Assembly (NCBI GenBank): GCA_016192705.1
Contig: JACPTQ010000072.1
Span: 6,611 to 70,610 of the forward strand
Source of the DNA: Deltaproteobacteria bacterium
GTDB taxonomy: Bacteria; Myxococcota; JACPTQ01
DNA length: 64,000 bases
Direction: 5' to 3'
The notes below the pieces were generated by a model. That model was given only the letters and a program-made list of their open reading frames with translations. It ran no database searches and was not told the DNA's origin. Below, in pieces: positions 49,179 to 57,672 of this stretch; position 1 is the stretch's first letter; each line of letters starts with the position of its first letter. A program made the position numbers and the translations under genes.

Positions 49179-50675
49179 TCATCGTTTCGGCGCGCAGACG
49201 TCGGCTGTTTTCGCGGCGTTCCCAAATCGCGGGAGCGTCCCCTTCGTGGTTCCTGCGAGGTCTGCGCAGTTGTGGTTCTGCGGCGCCGCCTTGCTGACGC
49301 AGACGCCCCGCGCTGGCGCAACGCCTGGATCGGCGATACAGAAGGTTGGGGCTTTCCCGGCGAGGTCGGGGCATGTCCCGTTGCACGTCAGCGAGCAAAA
49401 GCCCCGCGCATGGCAGAACCCCGCTGCGCCGCTGCTCGTGAAGGCGCAATCGACCGCGGCCGTGCATCGATCGCCAACAAACTTCGCCGGCGGCGGGGGT
49501 GGCGGCGCGACACCGTTCAACTTCGGAAACGTCGCGGCATCATCCAACCGCACGAATGAAAATCCCTCGGCTTTGAGCGCAAGAATAATCGCTTCCAAGT
49601 TGTCAGCGGTGTTGTCGTGAATATCGTGGAAAAGCAGGATGCCGCCGCCTTCCTCTCTTGCTTGCGACAACACGTACGCCTTCATATCGCTGCGATAACG
49701 ATCAGGCACCCACTTGAACGTCTCCTTTTTGCACTTGCCGCCGCCCGACGAGAAGCACCAGTCGGCGCTGTCGATGTGCCAGCCGGTCGCGACGAGGCGA
49801 CGATCGCGCACAAGTTGCATGGTCGTGCAGGTCGAACTCCCGAATGGGAATCGCATGAACTTCTGCGGCTCGCCCGTTCCGGTGATGGTGGTTGCGACCG
49901 AATCGACTTCCGACGCGACCTTCGATCTCGTCTGCTGCGCGAGGTTGATGTGGGCGTACGTGTGATTCGCGAGCAAGAACATCGGGTCGTCCGCGACCTG
50001 TTTGATGATCGTGCGATCGGCTTGCGAATCGATCCACTTTCCATTGATGAAGAATGTGGCCGGCGTGTTTTGCCGCTTGAGAATGGCGATCACTTGCGCC
50101 GTCGTTTCAGGGTTGGGGCCGTCGTCGAAGGTGAGAGCGATGCGCTTGTTAAACCCTGACTGGTCAGGAACGACGACGCCCGAACACGAAGACGACGCCG
50201 CGAGGGCGATCGACACCGCCGAAAAAATGGGGGTCGGGGGGCCTGGCGGCGGCGCGGCAAGGATAAAAAACGGCAGCGCGGGTTTTGTGGGGTCGAGGAG
50301 GCGTCCCGACTTCGGGGCTTTGCGCGCCTTTCGCGACTCCAGAAGCTCCTCGTGTGCGCGTTCCCATCCAGGGGCGACGTGTTTTCGAAAACAGGCTTCG
50401 CGCGGGGGCCGTGCACGATCGAAGCATGCCTTCCGCGTTGCAACACACGCAGTTACTTTCGCGCCCGTGCACGATTTGAGCGACTCTTTGCCGCCGCATC
50501 GTTTTGCGCGCGGGCAGACCGGGCAAACGCACCGCAGAAACGCCTTCTTGCACGCACGAACCTCTTGAATGAAATCTCGTTGGCAGTGCCGATCCGCGCG
50601 GGCTTCACGAGAGCTGCCAAGGATCATCATGAGACCGGCCATAAGTGAAAGATGAAAAGACCCGTTTGCTGTCAT
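49179..50675 (-). CDS. Secreted NodB/CE4 polysaccharide deacetylase with Cys-rich N- and C-terminal domains
   Basis: Signal peptide, LTFDDGP, NHTYAH, RFPFG, DSADW, ILLFHD. Confidence 0.9.
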   Translation of the reverse strand: MTANGSFHLSLMAGLMMILGSSREARADRHCQRDFIQEVRACKKAFLRCVCPVCPRAKRCGGKESLKSCTGAKVTACVATRKACFDRARPPREACFRKHVAPGWERAHEELLESRKARKAPKSGRLLDPTKPALPFFILAAPPPGPPTPIFSAVSIALAASSSCSGVVVPDQSGFNKRIALTFDDGPNPETTAQVIAILKRQNTPATFFINGKWIDSQADRTIIKQVADDPMFLLANHTYAHINLAQQTRSKVASEVDSVATTITGTGEPQKFMRFPFGSSTCTTMQLVRDRRLVATGWHIDSADWCFSSGGGKCKKETFKWVPDRYRSDMKAYVLSQAREEGGGILLFHDIHDNTADNLEAIILALKAEGFSFVRLDDAATFPKLNGVAPPPPPPAKFVGDRCTAAVDCAFTSSGAAGFCHARGFCSLTCNGTCPDLAGKAPTFCIADPGVAPARGVCVSKAAPQNHNCADLAGTTKGTLPRFGNAAKTADVCAPKR

Positions 50676-50701
50676 TTTTCCTCCTCACGCATGACGATTA
50701 T

Positions 50702-52222
50702 TCACGGCGCCGGCCAGCGCGACCACTGAAGGTTTCGGGACCCGCGTTTCAACGTTCCTTCGGCGATCGACGCGCCCTGGCTGTCGACGACGACGAGCCG
50801 CAGGTCGTCACCCTTGATATCGGCGAGCGTGAAGTTGACGTGCTTAAAGTGCTTGCGATCGGAGCGCGCGCCACCCGAGCCAAGAACAAGCGTTGGAATG
50901 CCGGCTTGCGTGCCTGACACGGCAGCCGTCGATTCGCGCCCGAGCCTTTCCCAGTGGCCAACGACGATGAGGTCGACGCCCTCGCGTTCGAGGAGAAGGG
51001 CGAGCCGCTTCGCCGTTTCTTTGTGAACGCCGCCGTCGCGGAGCGGAAAATGGAAAAACGCGATTTTCCAAATGTTCGTTTGCCCGCGCACGCGTTTGAG
51101 ATCGTCCTTCAGCCACTTAACCTGCGGGCTGTCGTTCGCGTCGACGTCGTCAAGCGACGCGATGGCGTACGACTCAGACCCGTTAGCCATTTTCGCCGTC
51201 GCGCTCACCGCGCCGACCCCCGCGATGTCGAGGCCGATGAAGTGCGCATTCGCGTAGTCAAACGAATAGTACGTCTTTCCCGTGCCGTTCTTTTGGAGAA
51301 GCGGTCGAAATGCGTCGCGGTAGTAGCGTCCGCCGTGTGAGAGCTTGTCGCCGTGCTCATGATCGTGGTTGCCGGGCACCGGGAAAAACGGAACGCCCTT
51401 CAAAATGTCTTTGCCGCCGCCGCGCCAACCGTTGCCGTTGTACGTGCCGAACAAATGTTCCGCGTACTCCCAGGCTTTTCCCTTTTCGTTCGACACGTCG
51501 CCCGGCGACACGATGAAATCGAAACCGGTGCGCGCTTCGCCATGGACGGTTCGTCGCGCGCGCTTTGTTTCGAAAATGCGATCGCGAAGGTGTCGGTGAA
51601 TGTGGTAGCTGCAGTTTGGGTCGGTGATTTTTCGGAGCTCGTTACAGTCGGGCGAATAGGCGCTGAAAATGTCGGAGACGAAAACCGTTGAAAACGACGT
51701 CTGCGTGCGCGGCTCGCTGGTCTTGAATCGCGCGTCGCGCACGAGATCGACGGCGCCTTGCCCGCGGCTGTTTTTTCGCACGACGCGGTAGTGATACCAC
51801 GTGCCCGGAGTGAGCCCTGTCAGCGTGACCTCAAAGCCGTGCTCGGCGTTTGACTTTCTCAAACGTCTCCCCGCGCTCCCCACAATATCGACGCCGATCG
51901 TTTGCCGTCCCGTCCGTTGCACGGTCGCGCTCGGTCGCGACGGAAGCGGCGCGCGCTCAACCGCGTGAAAAAATTCGCAGATGTCGGCGCCGTCTTTCGT
52001 TTTCCAGACGATGGTGACCGACGTCTGCGCAGCGTATTGAATGTGCGGCAATCGGTAGCGCGGCGGCTCCTCGCTCGACCCATCGGTTTCGTACGGCGTT
52101 TTCTCGCCGGGGCTGCATTCGGTGCAGGTGGGATCGTTGGGGCGCGCGCTGGAGGCGCCGGGTGACGCGAGCACGAGGATCGTGAAAAGTGAAATCAAGG
52201 GTCGCGGTGCGAGTCGATTCAT
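50702..52222 (-). CDS. Secreted purple-acid-phosphatase-like metallophosphoesterase with FN3-like N-domain
   Basis: Signal peptide, LTGLTPGTWYHYRV, SDI, GDV, PGNHD, YYSFDY, FFHFP, GHW. Confidence 0.85.
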   Translation of the reverse strand: MNRLAPRPLISLFTILVLASPGASSARPNDPTCTECSPGEKTPYETDGSSEEPPRYRLPHIQYAAQTSVTIVWKTKDGADICEFFHAVERAPLPSRPSATVQRTGRQTIGVDIVGSAGRRLRKSNAEHGFEVTLTGLTPGTWYHYRVVRKNSRGQGAVDLVRDARFKTSEPRTQTSFSTVFVSDIFSAYSPDCNELRKITDPNCSYHIHRHLRDRIFETKRARRTVHGEARTGFDFIVSPGDVSNEKGKAWEYAEHLFGTYNGNGWRGGGKDILKGVPFFPVPGNHDHEHGDKLSHGGRYYRDAFRPLLQKNGTGKTYYSFDYANAHFIGLDIAGVGAVSATAKMANGSESYAIASLDDVDANDSPQVKWLKDDLKRVRGQTNIWKIAFFHFPLRDGGVHKETAKRLALLLEREGVDLIVVGHWERLGRESTAAVSGTQAGIPTLVLGSGGARSDRKHFKHVNFTLADIKGDDLRLVVVDSQGASIAEGTLKRGSRNLQWSRWPAP

Positions 52223-52243
52223 TCTCTTCCCTCCGACATCTCA

Positions 52244-52272
52244 TTAGACGTGCCGATATGGCCATCTATTCA
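52244..52272 (-). promoter_or_regulatory. ECF-sigma-like promoter TGAATA-N16-CGTCTAA
   Basis: Exact motif ~22 bp upstream of the 52222 start. Confidence 0.75.
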
Positions 52273-52322
52273 ATTCCGTCGAGCTTTTCGGTGGTCAATC
52301 GCCGCCGCGACCGAAAAGAATT

Positions 52323-52352
52323 TGAATAAAACACCCCCCCCTCCCCGTCTAA
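52323..52352 (+). promoter_or_regulatory. ECF-sigma-like promoter TGAATA-N17-CGTCTAA with a C-rich spacer
   Basis: TTTGAATAAAACACCCCCCCCTCCCCGTCTAAA, ~50 bp upstream of the 52404 start. Confidence 0.75.
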
Positions 52353-52403
52353 ACGGTTTGGTGGCCGATTGGTCGGCGCTATTTTGCAAGGGGAGGACCG
52401 AGG

Positions 52404-54890
52404 ATGCGAAAAAGGAAAGCGAAACTCTGGCTGTTGGGGGCTGCCGCCGTCGGAACTTTTCTCGGGAACGTGTCGATCGAAACGGGCCAGGTCGGCCTCG
52501 TGTCGACCGCGCGGGCACAGTTCGATCCCTGGATTCAAGTGTGCGGACCTTGGGATGGCGGGTGCTGGCCCTCCGACGGAAACTACTATGGGGATGGTAA
52601 ACGAAGATGGTTCCTCAAGGTTATCGGTTGTCAAATTGATTGGGGTAGTGACTTTACGAACCAAGGGAGACGCGATGGCTTTTTTAATTGCGTGCATAAC
52701 AACGCTAAAAAGCTCATTGACAACGCTGGGAAGGCGCTCAACGAAGGAAAAGACTGGGTGGTGAACCAGATCAAAAGTCCGTTCGGCTGCCCGCTTCGAA
52801 TCGATAACATCGGCGGTTTCCTCAACTGCCTCGGGAGAAAACTCAAAGAACAATGGGATAAGGCCGCCAAAGCGATGCAGCAGTGGGGAAGTTCCGCGGC
52901 CCAGTTCTTTGATGGTTTTATCTACGACATTATCGGGAAACCAATCGGCTGCTCGAGAGAAAACAGTCGGGTCTCCAGCTTGGCCCGCTTAGCGGAATGC
53001 GTCGGCAAAGAGATTGCGAAAAAGGGCAGCGAAATGTTCGAAGCCGGCAAGAAGACGCTCGGCGACTTGACCGGGGCTTTCGGGAAGATTGTGGAGGCTG
53101 TAAAGCAGTTCCTCGGTGCCAACCCCAAGTTTTTGGATGCGCTCAAATGTGCCATCCCGGGAGGAGAGGCTCTTGTTGCCAAGGAAGCCCAAACATTTAA
53201 GCTCGTCGAGGGAATCTTCGGTTTCATCACGAATCCCGTCGGGACCATCAAGAACTGGCTTGACTTCGGGCAGATGGGCAAAAACTTGATGGCGAAATTC
53301 GATGAAGTCAAATCGCGGGCTGTCTCGCTCATGGGTCGGGTTGGCGGCAAGTTGCAACAAGCCGGAGCGGCGTTCGGCGCCCTGCTCGAATCGCCAAAAA
53401 ACGGGGCGAGGCGCGAGGCCGTCAAGAAGCCCGTCAGGGAGGCCCTTGGTGATGTTTGGGTCGAGACAAGCGCGTTCGCAAAGAACATTCCAGGAATGTT
53501 CTGCCCCTTTACGATGGCCGAGGGCTTTGGGCTCGTGCACTTCGCGATAGATGGCGTGACGGGTCTCGTGGTGGAAGCCATCGCAAACGTCTTTGGTACC
53601 GCGAAGGACGTTTTGGACGGCGCCATTCAAAAGGTCACGGACAAATTGAAGGAACTCTTTCAACAGTTCATCAGCGGCAGGCTCCCGCTGGCGATCGCGA
53701 ATCTTCTTCCGCCCTGGCTCAAAGATGTGGGGTTATCGATCCAACGCGTGGTGGGTCAGGTGACAGGCCTCTCAAAGGACATGACATCAAAGATCAAAGG
53801 GTTTGTCCTCGACATCAAGAAGGGCGGCCAGAGTGCGCGCACGGCACTCACGCAGCTACAGGGCGTCGTCGGTTCTCTGCCCCGGCTTGATGCGGGAGGC
53901 TTTCGACTCGCGGTGCGTGCGGGCGTTGAGTTACTCAAGCAGTGGGGGCGAGGACTCATCGATGTGGAGCTTGGCAAGATTGTCGATGGCGCGCTGTCAG
54001 GTCTTTCGACATCGGTCGGCGTCTTGACGAGCGGCATCGATGCGGTTTGTGGGCTCGTTCCTTTTGTGGGTGCGGCCATCTGCGCGGCGACTATTACGAC
54101 TGGGCTTCGCGTTCTGTGGGACTGGGTGGGCGCTCCGCCGGTCAAAGAAATGGGCCTCAAGTTTGTCCGTGAAAAGATCGACGGCATCGCCGACTGGATT
54201 GGCGCAAACCTCGACAGCGGCGCTGTCGGAAGAACCACGGCTCAGATAGGCCAAACACTCGGCGGACTCCAGAATTCGCTCGGTGGGCTGTTGGACAGCA
54301 TTAAGGGATTTGTGAATACGCAGATCCTGCCTGTCGTAGAGGGCTCGCTCGGCATGAACGATCTCCTCTTTCAGCTGCCGCAGTTGCCCGCGCTGGCGGC
54401 CGGCACAGCGCCCGCGTGCCCCGCGTGTCCGTCCTGTCAACCAGCCGCCCCGTGCGCCGCGTGCAGTTGCCCAGTCGCGAGTTCGTCGCCGCAAACATCA
54501 CAGGTGCAACCGGCCGCATCTGCGCCGTCGTTTCCACCCCGCGCGCAACGGGGATGGGCGTCACCTGCGCCGTCGTTCCCACCGCTCGCGCAACGGGGAT
54601 GGGCGTCACCAGGAGCTGCCGACCTTTGGCCAGAGGTGTTTGATTGGCGATGGTACGTCGAGAACCAACCTGACTTGAAGCGAGCGCAATCCGGACAGGC
54701 CCAGGCGCAGAGACATTGGCAAAGTCACGGGATTCGCGAGGGGCGGCAGGCGCACCCGAACTTCTCGACAAAGGCCTACCTCGCGAGGTATCCGGACCTT
54801 CAGCGTGCGTTCGGTGCGACGGGCTACGCGAAGGCCCTTTATCACTATCTCAACAATGGGATCAAAGAGGGACGTAAGGGCGCGCCCTGA
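52404..54890 (+). CDS. Secreted alpha-helical Cys-rich protein (828 aa) with C-terminal Y..(N/Y)PDL...H...G..EGR repeats
   Basis: GGGGAGG RBS, Sec-type leader, amphipathic helical body, hydrophobic hairpin, Cys/Pro linker, two PDL...H...GI(R/K)EGR units. Confidence 0.85.
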   Translation: MRKRKAKLWLLGAAAVGTFLGNVSIETGQVGLVSTARAQFDPWIQVCGPWDGGCWPSDGNYYGDGKRRWFLKVIGCQIDWGSDFTNQGRRDGFFNCVHNNAKKLIDNAGKALNEGKDWVVNQIKSPFGCPLRIDNIGGFLNCLGRKLKEQWDKAAKAMQQWGSSAAQFFDGFIYDIIGKPIGCSRENSRVSSLARLAECVGKEIAKKGSEMFEAGKKTLGDLTGAFGKIVEAVKQFLGANPKFLDALKCAIPGGEALVAKEAQTFKLVEGIFGFITNPVGTIKNWLDFGQMGKNLMAKFDEVKSRAVSLMGRVGGKLQQAGAAFGALLESPKNGARREAVKKPVREALGDVWVETSAFAKNIPGMFCPFTMAEGFGLVHFAIDGVTGLVVEAIANVFGTAKDVLDGAIQKVTDKLKELFQQFISGRLPLAIANLLPPWLKDVGLSIQRVVGQVTGLSKDMTSKIKGFVLDIKKGGQSARTALTQLQGVVGSLPRLDAGGFRLAVRAGVELLKQWGRGLIDVELGKIVDGALSGLSTSVGVLTSGIDAVCGLVPFVGAAICAATITTGLRVLWDWVGAPPVKEMGLKFVREKIDGIADWIGANLDSGAVGRTTAQIGQTLGGLQNSLGGLLDSIKGFVNTQILPVVEGSLGMNDLLFQLPQLPALAAGTAPACPACPSCQPAAPCAACSCPVASSSPQTSQVQPAASAPSFPPRAQRGWASPAPSFPPLAQRGWASPGAADLWPEVFDWRWYVENQPDLKRAQSGQAQAQRHWQSHGIREGRQAHPNFSTKAYLARYPDLQRAFGATGYAKALYHYLNNGIKEGRKGAP
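54520..54609 (+). repeat. 45-bp tandem duplication (2 copies) encoding APSFPP(R/L)AQRGWASP
   Basis: Units 54520-54564 and 54565-54609. Confidence 0.9.
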
Positions 54891-55203
54891 GCAGGGCAAT
54901 CGTCGTTTGATCGAGATTCTATAGGCGACTCCCGTACGCGTCTGACGGCGCAGGAAGAAACTGCGCGAGAAGGTCGCCGCGGCGGCTCGTGACGCGCGAT
55001 TTGCGGTGTCAGGTTAATCCTTTCAATCGGCTGACGTCGTAATAAGCGGTGATATTTCAGGTTGTTACGGGCGTTAGTCCAAATGCGTGACGCGCCGCCC
55101 CAATCGGCATCAGCGATGCACACCGCTCCTTCGGGTTGGACCGACCCGTCCTGGGAAACTGGGCCGCGTCGGGGAGTGCCTGTGGCTTGAAAAGGAGGCC
55201 AGC

Positions 55204-57672
55204 ATGTCTCGATTCGTTTTCGTGACCGTCGCGCTCTTCGCGGCCGTTGGGTGTGGAAGTAAAGGGGAGAAGGGGGAGATGGGGACGAATGGGTCAGCGG
55301 GTCCGGGGGGCGACGCGGGACCAGAAGGCGCCGCGGGTCCCGCGGGCGATGCGGGTGCGACGGGTCCAACCGGTAACGCGGGTCCGTCGGGAGACGCCGG
55401 GGCCGCGGGAACGCCGGGCGCATCGGGCGGCACCATAACGGGATCGGTGAAGGACACGAACAACGCGGGCCTCGTGGGTGCCACGATCTCGACGAGCCCG
55501 ACGTCATCGTCGACGGCGAGTGACGTGAGCGGAAACTTCTCGCTCGCGTCAGTTCCGAACGGCGTCTTCACCGTCATCGCGACGTTGGCCGGTTACGGGG
55601 CGTCGAGCGTGACGGGCGTGAGCGTGACGGCGGGTGGTTCGACGAGTGCCGCGTTCGTGCTTTACTTGGCGGACGGCGGGTTTGCGTCGATCAGCGGGAC
55701 GGTCAAGAACACGGCCGGCGCCGCCATTGCGAACGCGACGGTCAGCGTATCGGGCGTTGATGCGTCCGCCGTGACCGCCGCCGACGGAACGTACACCATC
55801 ACAAACGTCCCCGCGCCCGGGCCCTATTTCCTCGACGTCGCGCCGCCAACGAACGACGCCGATGCGGGGTATTTCGCCGGCGACACCCGCGTGAGCCTTC
55901 TTCTCACGCGCGCGTCACACACCGACGCGAGCATTATTCTGTCTGCGCGACCTTCGAGCGCGGCAACGTACATCGGAACGTCGCTGTGCGCCCTGTGTCA
56001 CGCGGTGGTCGGTGACACGACGATTGTCCCCCGACATGCGTCGGCTGGGCATTGGCGCTCCTTGAGCCTCGATGGCGGTGAGCGCTTCGTCTCGACGAGT
56101 CTCTGGCCGAGCGTGGGTGCGACCGTCGACACCGGAAAATACGCGCAAGATCCAAACGGCGTGAAATATGACGCGGGGAACGGCGGCAGCGGCTGGAACC
56201 GCGTTTACCTGTGCCAAAACAGCGCGGGCTCTTACGCGATGATGTTCGGCCCAAACCCCGATGCGGGTGTCGACGCTGGGTGCACCGGCGCTGGGGGCAC
56301 GACCCAGGGAATCGTTATCCCGGTCGCGGGAACGTACGGCGGTGAGGGCGATCGGTCGACGTGGGATGGCGGGATTGTCGCGAACCTAGGAAAATTCAAG
56401 CAACGATTCTTCGCGCGGGTCAACGATGTCGATTCGGGGACCGGGTGGACTTACACCGCTGGAAAAGACAAAGACCTTCTCGTCCTACCCGTGCAGGTCA
56501 CGCAGTCCGGCGATGGATACCCCAAGTTTGACGTGTACAAAGAAACCGAATGGGCGAACCGCAATCGAACGTTCGCGTACGCGTGCGCGGGATGCCACAA
56601 CACCAACATGAACATCGTGTGGGACCAGGCTGGCGGCAGCGACTACATCACGAGTTACGCGTACACCGACCTCAACGTCGGCTGCGAGAAGTGCCACGGC
56701 CCGGGCTCCGAGCACGTCGCGGTGGGTGGCGGTTTGGCCAAGGCGATCATCAACCCGAAATACTTGACTGCGGACCGCGAGCGCCAGGTGTGTGGGCAGT
56801 GCCACTCGGGTGACGACGGAAAAAACGAGGGGAGCCAGAAGAAATACGGTTACGCGTACAACCTGAATTACGCCGACGCGGGCGCGACGTACATTGGGCG
56901 AGGGACGTACGTGCCCGGGTTCTACGACATCAGCGAGTTCATTTCGAACCTTGACGGCGGTGCTTCTTTCAACGCATGGGCGACGATTTTCGGCACGAAG
57001 ACGTGGGGCAAGGCGCACCGCCAGCAGTACGCGATGCTGCTCAAGTCGAAGCACGTGAACAACACGACGCGGCGAATGACGTGCGCGAGTTGCCACGACG
57101 TTCACAGCACGTACCAAGGTCCGAAGGCGCACAGCGTCACGTCGGGGAGTGACACGTTTGTGTTCGAAACGCCGAGGTTCAACAACAACGTGCTTTGCCT
57201 CTCGTGCCACGCGGGGAGCGGCGAGTTCGCGACGATGGCGACGAGCGACGTCGCGGCGATTCAGGTCGGCGACTCGAGGGTTGTTTCGAAGAACGGGACG
57301 AACCAGAGCTTTACGGCGGGCGAAATAGCGTCGGCGCTCGAGCGCGTCGGAGATGTGGTTGAAGGCCATATGAACAACAAGGCAAACATGGGTTTCTTCG
57401 TGATGTACGACCCTGAGCGCGAGCCAGGCGTTGGGCGCTGCATGAACTGCCACATGCCGCGGACGGCGAAGAGCGGCGGCTATACGACGGGCGTTGATGA
57501 ATTCGGCAAGACGGCGCTTATCGAAGGCGACCAGGGGTCGCACGTGTTCGACGTCATTCGGCCGCAGATGAGCCGCATCATGACCGACGGCGGCGTCTCC
57601 GACACGGCCGTCATGCCGAACTCGTGTGGCCCGTGCCACGCGCGCTATCGCTTCAGCGGCGACGGGCAGTAA
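55204..57672 (+). CDS. Lipoprotein octaheme c-type cytochrome with a collagen-like stalk and two prealbumin-like domains
   Basis: AAGGAGG RBS, MSRFVFVTVALFAAVG-C lipobox, G-X-Y run, eight CxxCH (CALCH, CAGCH, CEKCH, CGQCH, CASCH, CLSCH, CMNCH, CGPCH). Confidence 0.92.
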   Translation: MSRFVFVTVALFAAVGCGSKGEKGEMGTNGSAGPGGDAGPEGAAGPAGDAGATGPTGNAGPSGDAGAAGTPGASGGTITGSVKDTNNAGLVGATISTSPTSSSTASDVSGNFSLASVPNGVFTVIATLAGYGASSVTGVSVTAGGSTSAAFVLYLADGGFASISGTVKNTAGAAIANATVSVSGVDASAVTAADGTYTITNVPAPGPYFLDVAPPTNDADAGYFAGDTRVSLLLTRASHTDASIILSARPSSAATYIGTSLCALCHAVVGDTTIVPRHASAGHWRSLSLDGGERFVSTSLWPSVGATVDTGKYAQDPNGVKYDAGNGGSGWNRVYLCQNSAGSYAMMFGPNPDAGVDAGCTGAGGTTQGIVIPVAGTYGGEGDRSTWDGGIVANLGKFKQRFFARVNDVDSGTGWTYTAGKDKDLLVLPVQVTQSGDGYPKFDVYKETEWANRNRTFAYACAGCHNTNMNIVWDQAGGSDYITSYAYTDLNVGCEKCHGPGSEHVAVGGGLAKAIINPKYLTADRERQVCGQCHSGDDGKNEGSQKKYGYAYNLNYADAGATYIGRGTYVPGFYDISEFISNLDGGASFNAWATIFGTKTWGKAHRQQYAMLLKSKHVNNTTRRMTCASCHDVHSTYQGPKAHSVTSGSDTFVFETPRFNNNVLCLSCHAGSGEFATMATSDVAAIQVGDSRVVSKNGTNQSFTAGEIASALERVGDVVEGHMNNKANMGFFVMYDPEREPGVGRCMNCHMPRTAKSGGYTTGVDEFGKTALIEGDQGSHVFDVIRPQMSRIMTDGGVSDTAVMPNSCGPCHARYRFSGDGQ

